Shown here one piece after another: positions 56,201 through 64,000 of a stretch of 64,000 nt of DNA (its first letter is position 1; each line of letters opens with the position of its first letter). The DNA is from Planktothrix sp. GU0601_MAG3 (lineage in GTDB: Bacteria; Cyanobacteriota; Cyanobacteriia; Cyanobacteriales; Microcoleaceae), in NCBI GenBank assembly GCA_035193785.1, contig CP136572.1, forward strand, positions 1,716,578 through 1,780,577, written 5' to 3'. The position numbers and the translations under genes were made by a program. The notes beneath the pieces were generated by a model. The model was not told the DNA's origin and searched no databases. It was given only the letters and a program-made list of their open reading frames with translations.

Positions 56201-57676
56201 ATGGTTATTTGAAAAAGCTCACTAAGGCTAATATATCCCCATCAACGCCTCAGTCTATACCCCAACAATTTACCCCTGTTGAAGCAAAATTAACCCCTCC
56301 AGACTATTCAGAATTCCAACAATTATTCCAGCTAGTTCAGAATAATACAGGACTAAGTGAACAACGCTTATATTCTCTGTTTTCTCTAGCAAAAAAGGTT
56401 TGTGTTGATAATATTCCCGGGAATTTTGTAGAGTGTGGCGTTGCCGATGGAGGATCAACGGCGTTAATGGCTGCTGTTATGAAACGCTATAGTAAACAGC
56501 CCCGAATCTTATATGCTTTTGATTCCTTTGAAGGATTACCCGAAACCCACAGAAGAAGATAAATATAACGGGGTGGCGGCGGAATTAGAAGGTTGGGGAA
56601 AAGGCAGTTGTGCAGCCCCCGAATCCAAGGTTTTAAATCTCTGCACCCAATTAGGAGTTTCTGATGTTGTTCGGACGGTCAAAGGCTATTTTCAAGACAC
56701 CTTACCTGAATTTAGAAATCCCGTTGGGGTGATTGCACTTTTACACGCCGATGGTGATTGGTATGAATCGACAAAAGTGATTTTGGAACAGTTTTTTGAT
56801 CGGGTTGTCAATGATGGATTTATCCAAGTTGATGATTATGGTGAGTGGGAAGGCTGTAAAAAAGCGTTGCATGAATTTGAAGCACAAAACCATCTGCAAT
56901 TTAACTTAAATAAAATTGATTACACGGGCGTTTGGTTCACAACACCCAATCAATTTCCCCTAAACCCCACCGTTGAAGAAAACTTAATCCAGGAATTTAA
57001 TCAGGATGATCCCGTGGTTTATGGGATTCAAAGTCAAATGTCGAAGAATGAACGGTTTCAATTGTATTATGTGCTGCGCCAACTGATTCCTGAACTTTCG
57101 AGTTCTCCGTTACGATTTATTGAAATTGGATCATTTGCTGGAAGTTCATTATTTTTAACTTGCAAAGCCTTAAGACGAGTCGAACAAAACTTAGAAGGAT
57201 TTGCCATAGACCCGGGTTTACACCCCCAGTTAAAAACGGTACTGCAACAGGTCAAGAAAGAGGTCAACCATCTGCAAATGTTCTCCTATGATGCGGTGAT
57301 GCAACTACGCCAGCAATTTGAGGCGGATGGTAATTTTCCACCCTTTATTTTTGTGGATGGGGATCATAGTTATGAGGGTGTGAAACAAGATATTATCAAT
57401 TATTTTCCTCTCCTAAAACCCGGTGGAATTATGATGTTTCACGACTATTTACCCCCTCTAAATGACGAAAATCGCAGTGCCATATTATCTCATCATGGGG
57501 GAAATGAGCCGGGAATTCGTCAGGCTTGCCAAGAATTGATGGAAGAAACATATCACTGTGAACTTATAGAAGTTCCACTCTTATATCCTGCCGATCCCAC
57601 TCAAACCCAAGCCTATCTTCCCATTATTCCAGGGGTATTTTCTACCATTCGAGTTTATCGTAAATCCATTCACTAA
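53220..57676 (+). CDS. Multidomain protein: class I MTase - GT-A glycosyltransferase - TPR - CmcI-like MTase - TylF-like MTase - Methyltransf_24; two apparent +1 frameshifts
   Basis: VLEVGG..FSIATFEH; FNRPDTT..IILEDDC..WGWATWRRAW; TPR; KPQTIIEIGS..IEDADH; FVECGVADGGS..FDSFEGLP..ADGDWYEST; IEIGSFAGSS..DGDHSYEGV..LKPGG. Corrections at 54816-54820 and 56542-56546 give 1484 aa. Confidence 0.8.
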
Positions 57677-57693
57677 TTCCAGGAGTTCTGTTC

Positions 57694-60104
57694 ATGATTA
57701 AGGTTTCTGCATATTATCGATTGGTTGTGTTTAGGTGGTGCGGCGCGGGCGATGATAGCAACTGCGAAATATTCATCCAGATTAGGTCAATTAGAGCATC
57801 GCTTAGTTTCCCTGAAATCCCCTGATCCGATGGCTTTAGAACTGGCTGAAAGTTCAGGGATGAAGTTTTTACCCACCTCTGGTCATGCCTCTATTTTAAA
57901 AGCCATAGAGGATGTTGATATTGTCCATATTCATTATTGGAATAATCCTAAACTCTTTGAGTTTTTGCAATCAGAACTCCCGGAAATGAGATTATTAATC
58001 TGGTTTCACGTCGCAGGAGAATACCCTCCCCAGGTGATTACGAAGGAGTTAGTTGATTATGCGGATTTTGCTATTCCTTGTAATCCCTATTCCTACGAAC
58101 TTCCGGTATTTCAAAAACTCCCCAATGAAGTCAGAGTTAAAAAAATTGGCATGGTGTACGATGCGGCCGATTTTGAGCGGGTTGTAGATGTTAAACCTAA
58201 ACCCCATGATACTTTTAATGTGGGCTACATTGGCAGTGTTAGCTTTAGCAAAATGCACCAAAATTATGTATCAATAAGTGCTGCTGTTGATATTCCCAAG
58301 GTGCAGTTTATTGTTTGTGGCGGGGGTGCGGAAGATTATCTGAAAAAACAAGCCCAGGAAATCGGCGCCGTTGAAAAATTTGACTTTCGCGGATTCGTTG
58401 AAGATATTAAATCTGTTATCGAAATTTTAGATATCTACGGTTATCCTTTGTGTGAAGATACCTATGCAGCAGCAGAATTAAATTTACAAGAAGTCATGTA
58501 TGCAGGCATTCCCCCAGTTGTTTTTCCCCATGGGGGAATTAAACGATTAGTGATTAATAATTATACCGGGTTAGTGGCTCAGAGTGAATCTGAATATACC
58601 CAAGCCATTGAATATCTGTATCATCATCCCGAAGAAAGAGCCAGACTGGGGCGCAATGCCAGAGAATATGCACAACAATTATTTGGGGCCGAAAACGCAG
58701 CGAAACAGCTTAACCCCATTTATAAAAAAATGGTGCAATTACCCAAGCAAAAAAGAGAATGGGGAATCCCAATTGGATCGACTTTATTAGACCAACCCTT
58801 ATCTTTATTAGATGTAGTTATACCCTCTGACAAGTTTATGGGGGCTAGGGCTTTTATTCAATCTTTAGGGCATCAAGCACAACCTTTTACTGTTAGTTTG
58901 ATTTCCGATAATATTGAACATTTATTGGCAGCAGAAAAACAAATTGCTGAATCATCTATTTTATTGGGTTTAGGAGAGGGAGGAGTTCATCAATACCGAG
59001 ATTATTATCTCAATGATGGTTATTTGAGATTGTGGTTGGGATTAGTTTCTCAGCAATAAGGATCGAAATCATCAAGCTATTTCTGAATTTCAAAATGCGA
59101 TTAATTTAGGATGTAATCATTGGCGAGTTTTCTGGTATCTAGCTCAAGCAGCAGAGCAGGTTCAAAATATTGCTTTAGCTGAAAATGCTGTGAATCAAGT
59201 ATTGGGTTTTGTTCCCAATTTTACCGATGCTCAAGAAATGCTCCAGCGTTTGCAAGCGTTATTAGTCTCCGATGTAACTCATCTCGAATTAAAAGAGATT
59301 AATCTAATTATCTTTCCCGACTGGAAACAGCCGGAAGAATCGGTTTGCTCAGAATTAATGCGGGTAATTAAAGCATTGGTTAACCATCCTGATAAAAGTC
59401 GTATTAAACTACTTATTGATCATCAAAATATTGCTGATGAAGAAGCGGATTTAATTTTATCGAGTGTGGTCATGAATCTATTAATGGAGGAGGAATTAGA
59501 TATCGAACAAGGGCCAGATATTTCACTCATCGGGGAGTTAACTCAACCCCAGTGGTTAAATTTACTTTCTATTGTCCAAGGTAAAATTAGTTTAGATTTG
59601 GAAAACTCAGCTATTATTGAAAAGTTTGATGGAATTCAAATTCCAGAGTTTTCCTTGGAAACATTGGTAGATTGGCGAGGTATTGGGTTAAAAAATGGGA
59701 CTTGGGAATTGTGGAAACTTAAAGAACAAAATTATATTGTATTTCCCGATTGGCAACAGCAAGAAGAAACCCTCTATTTAGAGTTAGCTGATGTATTGCA
59801 AGCGATCGCTTCTCTGCCGAATAAAAGTCAAATCACCCTCTATATCAATAGTCAAAATATCCCCGATGAAGATGCGAATTTAATTCTATCTAGCCTGATT
59901 ATGAATTTATTAATGGAGACTGAATTAGATGTGACGGAAGCACTAGAAATTGTGCTAACTGGACAATTAACCGATCTTCAAGCCCAGGGTTTACTACCCC
60001 ATTTAACGGCCCGAATTGTTTTAGAGCATGAAGATAAAAATGCGATCGCCGATCTAGGTGGAGAAACTTTACCGATTTATGATGAGAAAAAAAATAACAC
60101 CTAA
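57694..60104 (+). CDS. GT-B (GT4-like) glycosyltransferase + TPR + duplicated C-terminal domain; two apparent +1 frameshifts
   Basis: MIKVLHII..GGAA, FNVGYIG, LNLQEVMYAGIPPV..GG..NYTGL. Shifts at GTTTC 57703-57707 and 59045-59049; 802 aa joined. Confidence 0.82.
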
Positions 60105-60252
60105 AATTTTTATAACTGACGCACCGAGTCGTTAAATGTAGAGGGGGTGACACCGGAAACTTTTCTATCTCAACATAAATTCATCGGTTGTCACCCATTC
60201 TAGGAAAGTCTAACCTATATGACTGATATTCCTACTCAACTCTGTCGTTGAA

Positions 60253-62467
60253 TTAATTCTTTCCATCGATATACCTTTGCCACATTTGTTGATAAGCATT
60301 TTCCATTTCACGGGTAAATTGTTTCCCATTCCAAAGTGGAGCGGTTTGTCGATTTTTCCTTAATTTCCAAGCAATTTGTTGGCGTAAATTCTCATCTTTT
60401 CCTAACTTAATTCCCCATTCCACATATTCCTCATCTGTCCAAGCAATTCCCTCCGTAATTCCCGCATTGATCATCATCGTATAACTATTTCGGGCTGAAA
60501 ATTGTTGCCCAACTCTTGTTACCAATGGAATCCCCATCCAGAGAGTTTCCATTGTGGTTGTAGCGCCATTATAAGGGTAGGTATCTAACAGAATATCTGC
60601 TAACATTAAATTAGCTCGATGAATAGAAGCCAAAGGCACTGCTGGCATAAATTTAAGACGATCAGAATTGACCCCAATTTCATCAGCTAGTTGAATCAAA
60701 TACTCTTGAAACCAAATCTTGATCCCTAATCGAATCTTTAATTAAAAAATAACTATTCGGCACAGATTTGATAATTTGCATTTGCAGTTTAGCCGTTTCT
60801 AAGTTATATTTATAACCACTTTGAGCCGTTAAAAATACAATGGCATCACTGGGAATATTCAGATGTTCACGACGTAAAGATGGATTACTTATTTCAAATC
60901 CATCCACGGCAATATAGGTTTTGGGTAATCTCCAAATTGTTTCCTGATAATGGTCTTGGGCATTTTCTGGCAACACATAAGGATCGGCAATAAAATAATC
61001 AATGGTTGGAACTTCTGAAGCATCCCATCCTAACCAAGAAAGTTGAATCGGGGCTAATTTCAGGGCCATAATTTTACAACAGAAATTGAGGGTAATGCTA
61101 TCTAAATCAACAATAATATCAAGTTCATCTTTGGTAATGGTATTAATAATTTGTTCGGAAGCATAAAGGGGAAATTCATAAGCACAATCGGAATTTTGAA
61201 CATACCAATTCTGTAAATCATCAACTCGTCCTTGAGCATTAATTAAATAAGCATATATTTTAAAATTTTCTCGATTATGATATTGAAATAACCAACGAGT
61301 TAACCACCCGACTGAATGGGTACGCAGACAATGGGAAACATATCCTATTTTTAAAGGTTTAGTTTCATAATTTTGCTTCAACAAGGAATATCTTTGACGG
61401 TTTCTCTGAATAATATCGGAGTTTTGATTTTCTATATTGCGTTGACAAACTTGGGCTATTTTATGCCTAATTAATAAGTTTTCTGGAAGATTGTCTTGGA
61501 AATAAGGCAAGAAAAAACTGGCACTATAAAGCTGTAAAACCTCTCTTTCTGTTAAGTCATTGGGTTTTTCTCTTAAATAGGAATCCAATAAATATTTTTG
61601 ATGTTTAAAAAGAGAAATACATTCCTCAGACTGACCATAACCTGTATGAATTAAGCCCCGGATAATTAAATAGTTGGCAAATACCCTATCTATTTTATTT
61701 TCTAATATGGAATAATATTTTTTAGCAAAACCCACTCCTTTTTCTTGATTTCCACTATCTTGATAAAATGTCGCAACTTGACGAATTAACTCCAGATTAT
61801 TTTCATCTAAATATAACCCTAATTCGGCTAAATTTCCAGCCTGTTCTGGCTGCGACATTACCACACCGATCTGAAACGCAGCTTTCAGGAGAATATTAAT
61901 ATATTTTTCTGGATCATTAACATAGGGAATACAAGCTTTTGATAACTCATAAGATTGAGGGTGAAGGGGATCAAAATTTAAAACTTGATCGAGAGTTTTC
62001 AGAAGATACTCAACATCAATATCTTGATTTGTCCCCTGTTGAAGTTGCTCAATAATACCCCATGAGGTTAAGTCTTCACCTGTGTATGTTTTTAACTGAA
62101 AACTTAAATTAATCAAGTTTAATAAATTATTAATGTCATCGGGGCTAATTTCTCGAATATGCTGTCTAATTAGCCAAGCAGAGTCATATTTATTTTCAAG
62201 TTGTAGTGCTGCTAATTCTAAGATCTGTTTGATGTCCTGTGTCCAGCATTCCACATCTTCAGGTTCTCCATCCGTCATGGCCAATAACCAGGTCGTTTGA
62301 GCTTCTACTTCTTCCCCTTGTAAGAGTAAAAATAAGCCCAAATACCAGTAATAAGACTTTATTTCTGGTTGATGATTAATCCGTTCTTCATAATAATTTT
62401 TAGCGGAACTATAATCCTCAGTTTCCAGATATTTAATCGCTTGTTGCTGCCCATTCAGTAAATTCAT
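60253..62467 (-). CDS. GT41 O-GlcNAc transferase/SPINDLY-family protein; one apparent +1 frameshift
   Basis: LKIGYVSHCLRTHSVGW, APIQLSWLGWD, IDYFIAD, LDTYPYNGATTTMETLWMGIP. Shift at GAAAC 60708-60712. Confidence 0.92.
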
Positions 62468-62497
62468 TAAAATATTTTAAGTAAAAAATTAATAGAT

Positions 62498-64000
62498 TTA
62501 GACTCCATTCTCAGTATAGTTTAACCACATTTTTTCATAGGCATTTTCCATATCTCGTGTAAATTGTTTCGCATTCCACAGAGGGGCTGTTCGCCGATTC
62601 ATTCTTAATTTCCAAGCAATTTGTTGGCGTAAATTCTCATCTTTTCCTAACTTAATTCCCCATTCCACATATTCCTCATCCGTCCAAGCAATACCTTCTG
62701 TAATTCCGGCATTGATCATCATTGTATAACTATTCCGAGCAGCAAATTGTTGTCCCACTCTGGTGACCATTGGAATCCCCATCCACAGGGTTTCCATTGT
62801 GGTTGTAGCTCCATTATAAGGGTAGGTATCTAAAACCACATCAGCAATCCTTAAATTAGCTCGATGAGTCGCTTCGGTTGGTGATTGAGGAAGTAGTTTT
62901 AAACGATCGCAATCTACCCCCACAGATTCTGCAATTTCAGCATAAAATGTTTTTAGAGATTCCTGATCAGCCATCCCCTTAATCAGAAAATAACTATTCG
63001 GAACTTCCTTAAGAATTTGTAGTTGTAATTCGGCTGTATGAGGATTGTATTTATATCCCCTTTGGGCGGTAAAATAAATAATTGCATCCATCGGAATATC
63101 TAGCTGATCTCGACGCAAATCGGGTACCGCCACTTCAAACCCATCTACAGCAATATAAGTTTGAGGGAGACGCACAATTTTTTCACTATAGTAATTTTGG
63201 GCATCTTCCGGTAAAACATAAGGATCAGCAATAAAATAATCAATAGTGGGTACTGATGACGCATCCCACCCTAACCAAGTGACCTGGATGGGGGCGGGTT
63301 TAATCGCCAGGGTTTCACAAACATTCGTTAACGTCATACTATCCAAATCAACTAAAATATCAACTCCATCCTCATAGACTTTTTTAGCCACATCTTGACC
63401 ATCTAATCCTAATCGATGGGATTTATCACTTTTCGTGATATACCATTTTTGCAGTTCATTCTGGTTTAATTCAGCGGCAAATAAATAGGTATGAATGGCA
63501 AATTTTTCATGATCATGATGTTGAAATAATCCCCGCGCCAACCACCCGACAGAATGATTCCGCAAACAGTGGGAAACATAACCAATTTTTAGGCGTTTTT
63601 CAGAATTCGGAAGGATTGACTTAGATTGCCACTGACGGCAGTATTGAATTGTGTCTTGAGCACATTTCTCCATATTAGACTGAAGAAATTGGGCAACTTT
63701 TTGCCGAAACCGTAGATTTTCAGCCAGTTGATCTTGAAAATAAGGGAAAAAAAAGGTTGCCGCAAATAGACGCACCGCCGTATCAAAAGGGAGGGAATTG
63801 GAATCATCTTCCACCAGACAATTGAGCATTGATTTATAGCTTTCTAAAACTGAGGAAAATTCAGTCCATCGCCCTCCCGCACTCATTAATCCCCGCAATA
63901 ATAAGAATTTAGCATAAACTTGATCGGGAAAAGTTTTCATCCGGGCATAACAGTTTTCTGCTGTTTCTATCCCTTTGGAATAATTTCTAATATCTTGATA
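62498..64000 (-). CDS. GT41 O-GlcNAc transferase/SPINDLY-family protein (5' end beyond window)
   Basis: Same motifs as the neighbour (HSVGW, APIQVTWLGWD, DTYPYNGATTT); frame is open to the window edge. Confidence 0.92.
   Translation of the reverse strand, partial: YQDIRNYSKGIETAENCYARMKTFPDQVYAKFLLLRGLMSAGGRWTEFSSVLESYKSMLNCLVEDDSNSLPFDTAVRLFAATFFFPYFQDQLAENLRFRQKVAQFLQSNMEKCAQDTIQYCRQWQSKSILPNSEKRLKIGYVSHCLRNHSVGWLARGLFQHHDHEKFAIHTYLFAAELNQNELQKWYITKSDKSHRLGLDGQDVAKKVYEDGVDILVDLDSMTLTNVCETLAIKPAPIQVTWLGWDASSVPTIDYFIADPYVLPEDAQNYYSEKIVRLPQTYIAVDGFEVAVPDLRRDQLDIPMDAIIYFTAQRGYKYNPHTAELQLQILKEVPNSYFLIKGMADQESLKTFYAEIAESVGVDCDRLKLLPQSPTEATHRANLRIADVVLDTYPYNGATTTMETLWMGIPMVTRVGQQFAARNSYTMMINAGITEGIAWTDEEYVEWGIKLGKDENLRQQIAWKLRMNRRTAPLWNAKQFTRDMENAYEKMWLNYTENGV

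Larger units (their letters stand above)
1..64000. repeat. HIP1 octamer (GCGATCGC) dispersed throughout
   Basis: Many copies, e.g. 1710-1717, 4869-4876, 14649-14656; a cyanobacterial hallmark. Confidence 0.9.

Noticed and set aside
207..62467. Mass pseudogenisation or programmed frameshifting of 21 genes
   Set aside because: Breaks hit conserved housekeeping genes, occur in both motif orientations relative to the reading frame, and come with no nonsense codons or other decay; a sequencing artefact at a DNA motif fits better.
615..63807. Numerous short antisense or nested ORFs in the six-frame track (e.g. 615-860, 13303-13623, 45646-46002)
   Set aside because: They lie within well-supported genes and show no recognisable motifs.
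63963..63967. GTTTC near the window end as another frameshift
   Set aside because: The minus-strand frame reads through (KGIETAENCYARMKT), so this GAAAC appears genuine.

Overview
64-kb chromosomal segment of a cyanobacterium. Frequent HIP1 GCGATCGC octamers, heptamer STRR repeats, hmpF and a devH homologue suggest a filamentous, motile, Planktothrix/Oscillatoriales-like host (inference). Content: housekeeping genes (relA/spoT, mtnP, cobA-hemD, UDG, rluD, malic enzyme, PPTase, prfC, aqpZ, bcp), a tnpB remnant, a two-permease/TolC export unit, a four-gene signalling cluster, an ethylene-receptor-like kinase, many small REP/MITE-like repeats, and a ~15-kb glycosylation/O-methylation island with three GT41 (OGT/SPINDLY-like) genes. 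Strongest hidden signal: all 26 frameshifts I resolved in 21 otherwise intact genes are the same +1 event, GAAC->GAAAC or GTTC->GTTTC. This is best explained as base-calling error at a modified GAAC/GTTC motif, the known Dnd phosphorothioate consensus. Second: a ~1600-aa kinase places a Cys-less LOV domain directly before an RcaE/CcaS-type green/red cyanobacteriochrome GAF, in an operon with a c-di-GMP phosphodiesterase. All domain calls are from motif recognition by eye; no searches were run.
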